Below, in pieces: positions 49,566-61,580 of a stretch of 64,000 nucleotides of DNA; position 1 is the first letter of the stretch; each line of letters starts with the position of its first letter. The position numbers and the translations under genes were made by a program. The stretch comes from Macrostomum lignano (Eukaryota): contig NIVC01001255.1 in assembly GCA_002269645.1 (NCBI GenBank), positions 203,643 through 267,642 of the forward strand, in the 5' to 3' direction. Under the pieces are notes generated by a model. That model was not told the origin of the DNA, made no database searches, and saw nothing but the letters and a program-made list of their open reading frames with translations.

Positions 49566-52500
49566 CTAATGGTTTGAAAACAAAATAGCATCCGAAAAAA
49601 CCGCACCAGCCTCCGCTGACTCTGCCGTGTGCGCCGTAGTGCCTGCAGTCGAATTCGCAACGTCTAAACTATCTGTGGACGCTTCCATAGCCGACTGTTC
49701 TCGAACAACACGGACGCCCTCGCTGGGCATGGAATAGGCCAGGGCCCAGCCACTGCCGGATGCTTCTTCGTTGCGCAATCCCTCGATGCTGTCAACACTA
49801 GCTACCATCATCTGGGCGGCGTCGGCTGAAGACAGGGAGTCGGCCTCGCTTGGTGCAAGCAGCGAGGATGTCATGCTGGCTCCCATAGCAGCCCCAGGCT
49901 GCTGCTGCTGTGGCGCTGCCAGCACAGACGGCTGACGCACGGAAGACAAGTCGTCATCGTCGTCCTCCTCCTCACTTTCATTTTCTTCCGTCTGCTGTTT
50001 CTCCCCGACCGGTTCTCTTTCGCGTTTCAATTCTTCCTCTGGAGCGGCTTCGTGACCGCTCAAACTGTCCGCATCGATGCGCTCCTCTTGGGACGAGCCA
50101 TGCACCAGAATCTCTTGTATGCGCTGGTAGCTATCGCCTGTCACATCTGCCGCAGCTGCTGATGCGGTCGCAGAATTTGCAGCCTCATCTTCCGGAGACA
50201 TCTCCCCGACTGTGGGCAGCTGACCAGCTTCCAGTGCCTCGGCAATCTTCGATGCTTCACTGAAGAGCTCCTCATCTACGGCCGACTTTTCAAGCTGCTC
50301 AAACTCATCTAACGAGGACGATTTTGAGTCCGCGGCAAGCCGCCCTTCGCTGTCCTTCTCACCTTCTTCCGCTTCCTCCAGAGGACTCTCGTCCAGAGGT
50401 GTCTGGCGCCAAAAATCACCTGGTGAGCCTGTGGTCGTCGCAGCTGCAGCCTCGCACTCGCGTTCGAGCCTTTCAAATTCCACCAGTGACGAGCTGACGG
50501 ATCGGCCCCCGCCGGAGGCAGCCGCTTCACCACTGGACGAAGATTTTTTCAGTGAACCCGTGCTGCTGACCTGCTGAGCGATCTCCTGTTCTAATCGCTC
50601 AAACTCAGAAAGTGACGATGGTATAGAAGATGACGCTGAACGGCTGTCAACTGAGTGCGCCTGCCCGCAGCTGGGGCTCCCACTGACGCCTGTCGCTGCG
50701 CGTGGAACCACCTGCTGCCGCTTGGCGAGCCGCACTGGGTCAGAGGATTGACCTGGCACAGTCGTCAATCCTGCAGTCGCTGGCGAACCTGCGGACGCAG
50801 CACTTGGCGAGGACACCAGCTCGTAGTCCTCCAACGAATCGCGAGATGCCGATAACTCCGACAGCAATTGATCCTGCGCTGTTGTTGCATCCGAGCTGCA
50901 TGACTCAGCCATGAGCTCAGGAAATCTGTCCTGCTGTTGCTGGTGATGCCGCAGCACCACTGTTGACTGGCTTGATAGGCTCGACGCTTCAGATATCTCA
51001 ACAGACATTTCCTCTTCGATCTCGAAACCGATGATTTTCGGAGCAGTTCCAGTCGGACGAGGAATCTGCGAAGTCCGAACTGACTGTTGGACTGTTGACT
51101 TTTGAGAAGCCGCGGTAACTGTCCCCGTTGATGCAGATGGATGATCTCGGTTCTGATCTTGTTGCTGCTCTGGTGAACTCTCTGGAGTCTCTTTCAGCTC
51201 AATGATCGGCGAAAGGACGCTCTCGTCAATAACCACCGGCTCCTGATCCGGCTTCTCTACTTCCGAATCTTCTTCTTCAACTTCTCCTCCTTCGAGCAGA
51301 TCACCTCCGAGCTCCATGAGATGATGTTCAGCGAGCATCTCAGCGGCCAGAGCTCTCTGCTCAAGCTCCGGTGTATCCAGTGGCATCGACTCTACTTCGG
51401 GTTGTACTGCTGATCCCGACAATTCGAGAGCATCGTATGCACTTGCCAGAGCTGACAGCACCAGCTGTGCTGCTACAGACTCTACTTCTGATTCGGCCAC
51501 CGCAGCGCCGTCCTCACCAGTGGGCTCCAGTGTTGTCGGCACAGTTATCTCTTCGAAGGATTCACTGGTGTCATTATCTGTTTTGTTTTCCTCTCGCGCG
51601 GGCAGTGACGGCAGCTGAACTGTCGTAGCTCTCAACGCTCCTATTGCCGGCCCTAGAGCATCTGGGGTATCAAGCGGCTCGGCTGTCTCGTCAACATCGT
51701 CTTCGCCATCACCACCTTCGCCTGGGAATTCAGCCTCGTCGCACTCGGAGTTTTGAACGGTGTCCGGCCCGGCTAGGGTGGAGGCAGCCTCACTTGCCAG
51801 CGACATCGAGATGTCTGTGGCGTCTTCGTCTCTTCCCGCTGGCTGCCGTGACTGCTCCGTATCGCTGTCACACGTATCGGCGCCCGCCTCCGCAGCGCTA
51901 ACCAGAATGAAGCCGCTATCGTCTTGGCAGGCAGCGCTACCGAAGTATTCCGTGGTAGCGGAGGTCCCCATTCCCGCGCCTTCACCGCTGCCGGCGGCAC
52001 CGCCTCCCCCGGTTACGCTGATTCCCGAGCTAGGCATTTCGCTAGACCTGGATGCATCCTGGCTGAACGAGGACGTATTGAGAGGTAATTCGCTCGCCGC
52101 CGCTGACTCCATCATTTCGGCTGCCTCAGCCTCCATTTCAAACTGATCCTCTTCCTCCTTGATTGGAGAGCGGTCGTCAGGACTAAGACTAGCCTTGTCA
52201 TTCCCCTTGTCCTCTTCTGCGATCTTTGATGTTTTTTCGTCCTCCTTGTCAGCTTCCAATGACTGCGAAGTAGTAGCAGAAGCGGTTGCCATCTGCACTT
52301 TCGCATCTGGTGGGAGGGAGCGGCGGATGACTGAGTCAAATGACTCTGGCGTTGGCGACGGAGGCGCAGAACCAGGAGATGCAGGCGATGCGGCGATGTT
52401 TGCTGCTGCAGCCGCAACAGCTGGGAGTTGCGGCGACGCTTGTGGCTGCATCGACTGCTGCGTCTCTGTCGGTGCAGCCTCCTCAGACTTAGCCAGTGGG

Positions 52501-55500
52501 AATGCCTCGATGCCATGGTAGACTCTAGTTTGCGGCTGAGAAACAAGCATAGACTCCTCCGATGCAGGCAGCTGGTCCTTGTTCCAAACAATCCAATCGT
52601 CTGTCTCTTCGTCTTTTCCAGCAATGTCGTCTCTCGTAGCATCGTCTGGTTTTGGAACAGTGCTGGGCGCTTTTAGCTCCTCTGGTCTAACTCCAGAGCT
52701 TACACTGCCAGCACCTACAGTTTCATTTTCCTTGCTAGGCAGGGTTTTCGGTAATGTATCTGCTTCCTTGTACACCAAGCTTTTCTCCTCTTCTAGAACT
52801 TCTTCAAGCGCAGCCTCGGGTAGCTCAGCAGACTCCCCAAAAAAGTCCATATCCTTCGCACTGGCGTCAGGGCCCAGTGATTTACCCGATTGCTCTTCAA
52901 ACGTTGGCATTTCAAACCTCTCAGGCTCCAAAGGCTGTTCGACTTCTTGAGGCTTGCAGGTCGGTTTCTCAGCTTCTTCAGGCTCCTTGTGAGTCGGTTT
53001 TTTCACCTCTTCAGGGTCCTTGTAGGCCGGCTTCTCTGCCTCTTCAGGCGCCATGTGAGTCGGTTTTTCCACCTCTTCAGGGTCCTTGTAGGCCGGCTTC
53101 TCTGCCTCTTCAGGCGCCATGTGAGTCGGTTTTTCCACCTCTTCAGGGTCCTTGTAGGCCGGCTTCTCTGCCTCTTTAGGCTCCATTTGAGTGGACTTCT
53201 TGACCTCCTCAGGTTCATTATAGGTCGGCTTCTCTGCCTCTTCAGGCTCCATTTGAGTGGACTTCTTGACCTCCTCAGGTTCATTATAGGTCGGCTTCTC
53301 TGCCTCTTCAGGCTCCTTTTGAGTTGGCTCCTCGACCACCTCGAGTTCTTCATAGGCTGGCTTTTCAATTTTTTCAAGTTCATTGTAAGTTAACTCATCG
53401 ACCTCTTCAGGCTCTTCGTAGGTCAGCTTTTCGATTGCTTCAGTCTCCTTCAGAGTTGGCTTTTCCTCCTCAGATTCATTTTTAGTCGGTTTCTCGACCT
53501 TCTCAGACTTTTCATGCTGATGTTCGACTACTGACTCAAAACTCTCTTTTTGAATAGAAACCGCTTCCTGATTGGTCAGCCAGTGCTTACTCTGAAGCGC
53601 GCGCATTTCCTGAGCTTCCTCCACTCGACTATTAGATTCGCTGCTATCCCACGAACGAAAAGATACGCTGTGAACTGAACCAGCTACTTGTCGAAAGCTA
53701 CTTTCCTGGTGAATTTCAGTTTTATTCAACGTGCTCGCACTCTGAACTGTGCTTTCCTCAAAATGAAGGGACTGTGAATGAGTCTCCGAAAAATATTGTT
53801 GCTGCTCTGAAACTCCAGCTGTTCTCGAAGTCACCTCGGTCAGCAATGAGGTCGAAGTGTCTCCGATAGCTGAGTCCTCAGGCACCCGGAGCTGCACAGC
53901 TAGGATTTCAAATTCATCCAAAACTTCTGACTTAGATTTCAAAGCAGTCTCGAAATTCGAATTGATTTCTGAATGAGCTTTCTCGGTTGAATAACCAGCC
54001 GTGTCATGAATTGGCTCATCAAGAGGATTCTCTTCAGTGTGAACAAGCTCATCCAGAAACTTAGAAACTTCTTCTTCGGCACGAATTGATTCTTCTTGAC
54101 TGTCAGGAACCTTCTCTTCAGTGTTGAGTGCCTTATCGTGAATTGTCTCTTCAGCATGAGCTGGCTCATCGTGCACTTCTGTAACCTTATCAGTGTGTGC
54201 CGGCTCTACATGCACTTTAGGAACCTTCTCTTCGGCATGAACAGGCTCTTCATGCACTTCAGGAATCTTCTCTTCGGCGTGAGCAGGCTCTTCATGCACT
54301 TCAGGAACCTTCTCTTCGGCATGAGCTGGCTCTTCCTGCACTTCAGGAACCTTCTCTTCGGCATGAGCTGGCTCTTCATGCGAAACTTCAGTAACCTTCT
54401 CTTCGGCGTGAGCTGGCTCTTCCTGCACTTCAGGAATCTTTTCTTCGGCATGAGCTGGCTCTTCATGCAACACTTCAGGAACCTTCTCTTCGGCGTGAGC
54501 TGGCTCTTCTTGCAACACTTCAGGAACCTTCTCTTTGGCGTGAGCTGGCTCTTCGTGCAACACTTCAGGAACCTTCTCTTCGGCGTGAGCTGGCTCTTCA
54601 TGCGAAACTTCAGTAACCTCTTCGGCGTGAGCTGGCTCTTCGTGCGAAACTTCAGTAACCTCTTCAGCGTGAGCTGGCTCTTCGTGCAACACTTCAGGAA
54701 CCTTCTCTTCGGCGTTAGCTGACTCTTCCTGCACTTCAGGAACCTTCTCTTCGGCGTTAGCTGGCTCTTCCTGCACTTCAGGAACCTTCTCTTCGGCATG
54801 AGCTGGCTCTTCATGCAAAACTTCAGTAACCTTCTCTTCGGCGTGAGCTGGCTCTTCGTGCGAAACTTCAGTAACCTTCTCTTCGGCGTTAGCTGGCTCT
54901 TCCTGCACTTCAGGGACCTTCTCTTCGGCATGAGCTGGCTCTTCCTGCACTTCAGGAACCTTTTCTTCGGCATGAGCTGGCTCTTCCTTCACTTCAGGAG
55001 TTTTCTCTTCGGCGTGAGCTGACTCTTCATGTGAAACTTCAGTAACCTTCTCTTCGGTGTGAGCTGGCTCTTTATGCAACACTTCAGTAACCTTCTCTTC
55101 GGCATGAGCTGGCTCTTCATGCACTTCAGGAACCGTCTCTTCGGCGTGAGCTGGCTCTTCATGCAACACTTCAGGAACCTTCTCTTCGGCGTAAGCTGGC
55201 TCTTCATGCACTTCAGGAGTTTTCTCTTCGGCGTGAGCTGCCTCTTCGTGCGAAACTTCAGTAACCTTCTCTTCGGCGTAAGCTGGCTCTTCATGCGAAA
55301 CTTCAGTAACCTTCTCTTCGGTGTGAGCTGGCTCTTTATGCAACACTTCAGTAACCTTCTCTTCGGCATGAGCTGGCTCTTCATGCACTTCAGGAACCGT
55401 CTCTTCGGTGTGAGCTGGCTCTTCATGCAACACTTCAGGAACCTTCTCTTCGGCGTAAGCTGCCTCTTCGTGCGAAACTTCAGGAACCTTCTCTTCGGCG

Positions 55501-58500
55501 TGAGCTGGCTCTTCGTGCAACACTTCAGGAAACTTCTCTTTGGCGTGAGCTGGCTCTTCATGCACTTCAGGAACATTCTCTTCGGTGTGAGCTGGCTCTT
55601 TATGCACTTCAGGAGTTTTCTCTTCGGCGTGAGCTGCCTCTTCGTGCGAAACTTCAGTAACCTTCTCTTCGGCGTAAGCTGGCTCTTCATGCGAAACTTC
55701 AGTAACCTTCTCTTCGGCATGAGCTGGCTCTTCATGCACTTCAGGAACCGTCTCTTCGGCGTGAGCTGGCTCTTCATGCAACACTTCAGGAACCTTCTCT
55801 TCGGCGTAAGCTGGCTCTTCATGCACTTCAGGAGTTTTCTCTTCGGTGTGAGCTGCCTCTTCGTGCAAAACTTCAGTAACCTTCTCTTCGGCGTGAGCTG
55901 GCTCTTCGTGCGAAACTTCAGTAACCTTCTCTTCGGCGTGAGCTGGCTCTTCATGCGAAACTTCAGGAACCTTCTCTTCGGCGTGAGCTGGCTCTTCGTG
56001 CAACACTTCAGGAAACTTCTCTTTGGCGTGAGCTGGCTCTTCGTGCAACACTTCAGGAAACTTCTTTTTGGCGTGAGCTGGCTCTTCATGCACTTCAGGA
56101 GTTTTCTCTTCGGCATGAGCTGGCTCTTCATGCAAAACTTCAGTAACCTTCTCTTCGGCGTGAGCTGGCTCTTCGTGCGAAACTTCAGTAACCTCTTCGG
56201 CGTGAGCTGGCTCTTCATGCACTTCAGGAACCTTCTCTTCGGTGTGAGCTGGCTCTTTATGCACTTCAGGAGTTTTCTCTTCGGCGTGAGCTGCCTCTTC
56301 GTGCGAAACTTCAGTAACCTTCTCTTCGGTGTGAGCTGGCTCTTTATGCAACACTTCAGTAACCTTCTCTTCGGCATGAGCTGGCTCTTCATGCACTTCA
56401 GGAACCGTCTCTTCGGCGTGAGCTGCCTCTTCATGCAACACTTCAGGAACCTTCTCTTCGGCGTGAGCTGACTCTTCGTGCGAAACTTCAGTAACCTTCT
56501 CTTCGGCGTGAGCTGGCTCTTCATGCACTTCAGGAGTTTTCTCTTCGGCATGAGCAGGCTCTTCATGCGAAACTTCAGGAACCTTCTCTTCGGCGTTAGC
56601 TGGCTCTTCCTGCACTTCAGGAACCGTCTCTTCGGCGTGAGCTGGCTCTTCATGCAACACTTCAGTAACCTTCTCTTCGGCGTGAGCTGGCTCTTCATGC
56701 ACTTCAGGAGTTTTCTCTTCGGCATGAGCTGGCTCTTCATGCAAAACTTCAGTAACCTTCTCTTCGGCATGAGCAGGCTCTTTATGCAAAACTTCAGTAA
56801 CCTTCTCTTCGGCATGAGCAAGTTCTTCATGCAAAACTTCAGTAACCTTCTCTTCGGCGTGAGCTGGCTCTTCATGCAACACTTCAGTAACCTTCTCTTC
56901 GGCGTTAGCTGGCTCTTCCTGCACTTCAGGAACCGTCTCTTCGGCGTGAGCTGGCTCTTCATGCAACACTTCAGGAACCTTCTCTTCGGCGTGAGCTGCC
57001 TCTTCGTGCGAAACTTCAGGAGTTTTCTCTTCGGCGTGAGCTGGCTCTTCATGCACTTCAGTAACCTTCTCTTCGGCGTAAGCTGGCTCTTCATGCGAAA
57101 CTTCAGTAACCTTCTCTTCGGTGTGAGCTGGCTCTTCATGCACTTCAGGAGTTTTCTCTTCGGCTTGAGCAGGCTCTTCATGCAAAACTTCAGTAACCTC
57201 TTCGGCATGAGCAGGCTCTTCATGCAAAACTTCAGGAACCTTCTCTTCGGCATGAGCTGGCTCTTTCTGCACTTCAGGAATCTTCTCTCCGACATGAGCT
57301 GCCTCTTCCTGTACTTCAGGAACCTTCTCTTCTGCATAAGCAGGCTTTTCGAGCACCTCAGAAACCTTCTCTTCGGCATGAGGTGGCTCTTTATGCACTT
57401 TAGGAGTTTTCTCTTCGGCGTGAGCTGGCTCTTCATGCGAAACTTCAGTAACCTTCTCTTCGGCGTGAGCTGGCTCTTCCTGCACTTCAGGAACCTTCTC
57501 TTCTGCATAAGCAGGCTTTTCGAGCACTTTTAAAACCTCTATAGCATGAGGTCGCTTTTTGTGCACTTCAGGAGTTTTCTCTTCGGCGTGAGCTGCCTCT
57601 TCTTGCGAAACTTCAGGAACCTTCTCTTCGGCGTGAGCTGGCTCTTCATGCACTTCAGGAGCTTTCTCTTCGGCGTGAGCTGGCTCTTCATGCACTTCAG
57701 GAACCTTCTTTTCGGCGTGAGCTGGCTCTTCGTGCAACACTTCAGGAACCTTCTCTTCGGTGTGAGCTGGCTCTTCATGCACTTCAAGAGTTTTCTCTTC
57801 GGCATGAGCAGGCTCTTCATGCACTTCAGGAACCTTCTCTTTGGCGTGAGCTGGCTCTTCATGCAACACTTCAGAAACCTTCTCTTCGGCGTGACCTGGC
57901 TCTTCGTGCACGCCAGGAACCATTTTAGGAAGATCTGGCTCTACGTGCATTTCTAGAGTCTTCTCTTTAGCTGACTCCTCGTGAAGTTCAGGAGCCTTGT
58001 CAGCTTGTAGTGCTTCGTCCTGAAGCTTCTTATTATTTTCTTCTGCATAATCTGGATGAGTTTGGCTAAGCTCTGTGCTTCTCTTTCTTAGCTGAACTGC
58101 AAGAACATTTATTTCCTCTTCCCTTTCGATGTGACGGTGCATTGGCTCAGATACAGAATCACTTTGGACCGTCGCTTTCTCGTGTTGAATCCTCTCATCA
58201 AGAACCGTCTTCTGATCCAGCCGATCTTGTTCAGTCGGAACAGTCGGTTCGGATGGTTTTTCCTTTTCATGAGTAGTCTGCTCATCTTGAGCAGGAGTCT
58301 GCACCTCCTTCGTCTTAGCCTTCAGCTCTATCGACTCCTCCTCGGTGATTTGCGTCATGCGCTCAGCCAGAGGCGATGCTGCCACTGCACCTGCAGCAGC
58401 GCTGTTGCCCCCAGCTCCCGGAAACTTCTTGTAGGCGTCAACGGGACTCTGCACCGGGCTGTCCAGCTTCTCCTCGATGCGAGAGTACGCGTACTCAGCG

Positions 58501-59149
58501 GAGACTAGTCGGGAAAATGCCGCGGCGCCAGCTTGTTGGGCACTCGTCAAATCCTCTTTAGCCGGGCTGACCAGCTCTTCTGGTCGAATTCCGCCCTCAT
58601 GGAACAGGCCGCGCCCGATCGGCAGCTCCTCGGGCCTGAAGAAGGCGGGCTTTCCAGCAGATGGCGTTTCCTCATCGTCTTCCTCCTCGCCCTCCGTGGC
58701 CGAAGCCGACGTGTAGGATGCCGATGAGGCGCTTTCCAAAAAGACGTCCTCCGAAGCGTCTGCTACCTCTGCATCGGCTGCCTGTTGGAAACTGATGACT
58801 GCGGACGGCGTCTCCTCTACTGGCGTCGGCGCCTCGGAGCCGGTATCAGCGCCAGACATGGAGCGCGTTAGCTCGGAGATCGATTTCTCCTCCACCTGGG
58901 GCGTCGCATCAGGCGCGTTTAGCGCGTCATCGATGCTGACATGCCGCATCTCGCTGCGAAGGCTCTCTTCGAACTCTATGCTGCGCAGCATAAGCGAGTT
59001 CAACGAATGCCGCCGCGTAGCATCGCCTGGTGATTCTGCAGGCGCCGGCGCGACGTCGGCTGCCCTGTCGGAAGCTTCCTCGATCGCGGACGCTACTGGA
59101 AGTTGCGTCGGTGGTTGAGCCTGTCGTCTCTGGGCGTCTCGTTGTGTCT
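49566..59149 (-). CDS. Giant exon of a giant ankyrin (9584 nt, about 3190 aa, acidic and disordered)
   Basis: An uninterrupted ORF with the acceptor TCTACAG|AG at 59149 in phase 1, matching the upstream exon donor. It lies downstream of the ZU5-ZU5-UPA exons on the same strand and is E/A/P/S-rich. Confidence 0.85.
52960..53420 (-). repeat. Coding repeat, 11/22-aa units (EEAEKPAYKDPEEVEKPTHMAP)
   Basis: 66-bp periodicity inside the giant exon. Confidence 0.85.
54180..57900 (-). repeat. Coding repeat, about 85 copies of 14/15-aa HEEPAHAEEKVPEV(L/S)
   Basis: 42/45-bp units whose length variants preserve the reading frame. Confidence 0.92.
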
Positions 59150-59385
59150 CTGTAGATTTCGACGGCGGAGAGTAGGGCAGGGTCGGGTTTAGTGGGAAGC
59201 GGAGGGATTCGTGTGTTAAGAGCGGCACAGCAAAAACTTGTTCGTATTAGCATGCAAGTTTCAACCCATAAAAACTATACTATAAGTAGCGCCCACCCCT
59301 CTCCATTCTGTGCATGCAGATCAGGCAAGAGGTTCGGCAACTGGAGAACACACGGCAAGACCAGAGCTGCAAGCTTTGCGGGTAC

Positions 59386-61324
59386 CGCTGTCAGTTGCCC
59401 TCGGCCTGGAGAGCTCATCTGGAGTAGAGGAAGACGTTACAGTCGCCGTGCCCGATGCCGACGCCGATGCCGCCTCCATGAGGGCCTCCCGCCAGGCCTC
59501 ATCGGATGAAGACGGATCGTCGGCACCCAACAGGGTGTCCTCGCTGGCCCCGGTTGTGATGTCGGTGAAGTCGGCTGAAACAGCCGACGAGGCCGTGGTG
59601 GATCGGTCAGCGGAGCTATCCGTCCGCTCGCGTCGTCGGCGGAGTCGCGGACGTTGCGAGTCCGGCGTGGCCCAGGTGCCGGAGTCCTCGCGGGCCTCCG
59701 AGGCAGCGGACCTCTGGGACCGACTGTCTGCTTGAGCAGCAGTGATTTGCTAGCAAGCTTCAGTCTCAGCCTAAGTGTGTAACTAGCGACTTACCGTACT
59801 GAACCATTAGAAAATTAATCTTGCCAAAATAGGACTTATCAGTTAATGCACAAATAAGATATCTGGAATGCATACTCAATTAGCTAAGATGCATGGAGCT
59901 TCTGAATGGTTCAAGATTATTTGGTAGGTAATAAATGTACTAAAAATGGATAGATAATTTTCCTGACCAAGACCTTCCAAAGTACGGACTGCTCAAGGAT
60001 CATCAAGGATGGAAGCGAACGCAGATTTTGCATGACGCCGCTGTCCCCAACCACGCTGATCAAGTTTGATTTTCTATACAAAAAAAGTTAGTAGGGTCTG
60101 CGAGTCCTTACTGTCTTCCGCATCTGCAGCATCATCTGGCTCTTCTGCGGCAGCTGGAATAAAATCGATAAAAATCAGTGAAAATATGTTTCTCACGGAT
60201 GTGTCAATGCACAATATCGAAGCAGAAAGTGGAAATTTCTCACCTTCATCAGCAACGCTGGAGGATCTGCGCTGTTCTGCGTGTGCAATCCCAACAATTT
60301 TCGGTACCTCGACAACTGGAATGGAACACAGCATTCGATTTACGAGGCATGCTTTCGATGTTCTCTATATTCTCTCTTTGTTTAACTGAACTAGGGACTA
60401 ATGAACCGATCGCGCGTTCTTTCACCTTCCTCCGGTGTTCCCGCCTCCGGGGCCATGGACTGGTCCTGATGAACGTCCAACTTGTGTAGAGTCTTTTCAA
60501 CTGAAATGTTTCAATATTCCATTGACAAGTAAATACGATTGTACTAATGGTAAAAAACCATGACTAACAGGGAATAAAGTACATTAGCGTTCAGTCAACC
60601 GTTTTAAGGGATATTAAATTTTCTTCAGAAACAGCCACCCGTAATTTATTTCTACTTATTCAAGCGTAAAATTCAATTTAATTTCATTTATCAAGTCCAT
60701 TTGAAGCGTGACTAATGATGCATTGCAAAAAATGATGAAGCTATACTGGCTTGTTGAAAATTACCATCAGCTGTGGCCTTTGGCAGTGCTTGCGCCTGCG
60801 TAACCGTCTTTGGCACCTCGACCACTGCAAATTTTTATTTGACAGTTTGCGCTTAGTTAGAAAAAATTGGTTGGATCGTAATCTTTCGACTATAAATACT
60901 AGTTTTGTTGTATTAATATCAATTACCTTCTTCCGGTGTTACAGCTTCCGGCGCCATGGACTGGTCCTGAATTGCATCCCGCTTCTCCAATTTCTCTTCA
61001 ATAGGAACTGAAAAATTATATCGTTATTAACAGTATAATACTACTAACCCAATATAAGTAGTCTAACATGTAAAATTGCTAAAAAAATTCACGAACCCCC
61101 AGCAGCTGTCTCTGGAGGCGTGTGCACCTGGGCTTGCACTTGGCTGATAGACTTTGGTACATCAACAACTTCTTCTGGCGTTCCAGCCTCCGGCGCCATC
61201 GACTGATCGGGACGAGCGTCCAGCCTGGCCAGCAGCTCCTCCACCGCGTTGAGTCCCTCCTTTGCTCGCTTCTCCGGCGAGCCGGGTGCTTTGCTCGGCT
61301 CCACTACAGCCTCATCTACAGACT
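59386..61324 (-). CDS. Six symmetric (phase 1-1) ankyrin exons between UPA and the giant exon
   Basis: Exons are 61324(or 61315)-61097, 61007-60927, 60500-60426, 60315-60244, 60153-60112 and 59727-59386. Lengths are 228, 81, 75, 72, 42 and 342 nt; all are AG/GT-bounded and stop-free in frame. Confidence 0.75.
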
Positions 61325-61580
61325 CTGGAGTTGAGGTGTTGGGGATGATGCGTCAAGTCCGCTAGTTATCACTGGGAACATTTTTGATTGTCATATACAG
61401 CCATCCTAGTTGACGTAATCTCTATAAAGCAAAACGGTACAGCAATCCGACGTCGATGACAGATATGTACTCTTACACTATCTGTCAATGCAATGTAGAA
61501 GCACATATTTTTCATCGTCCCCAGGTTACTGCACGAGAAACTAAAAACGATTCGCATCTACCATCCCCCAAAGCACTAAC

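Noticed and set aside
54096-57956. Long alternative-frame and antisense ORFs (K/R/M-rich 839 aa; F/L/W-rich) over the ankyrin repeat
   Set aside because: They are by-products of a stop-poor coding repeat. Only the acidic frame is continuous with the unique flanks and splice site.
59960-60060. Possible additional cassette exon
   Set aside because: The phase-1 reading hits a stop, and the other frames do not match the neighbouring phases.
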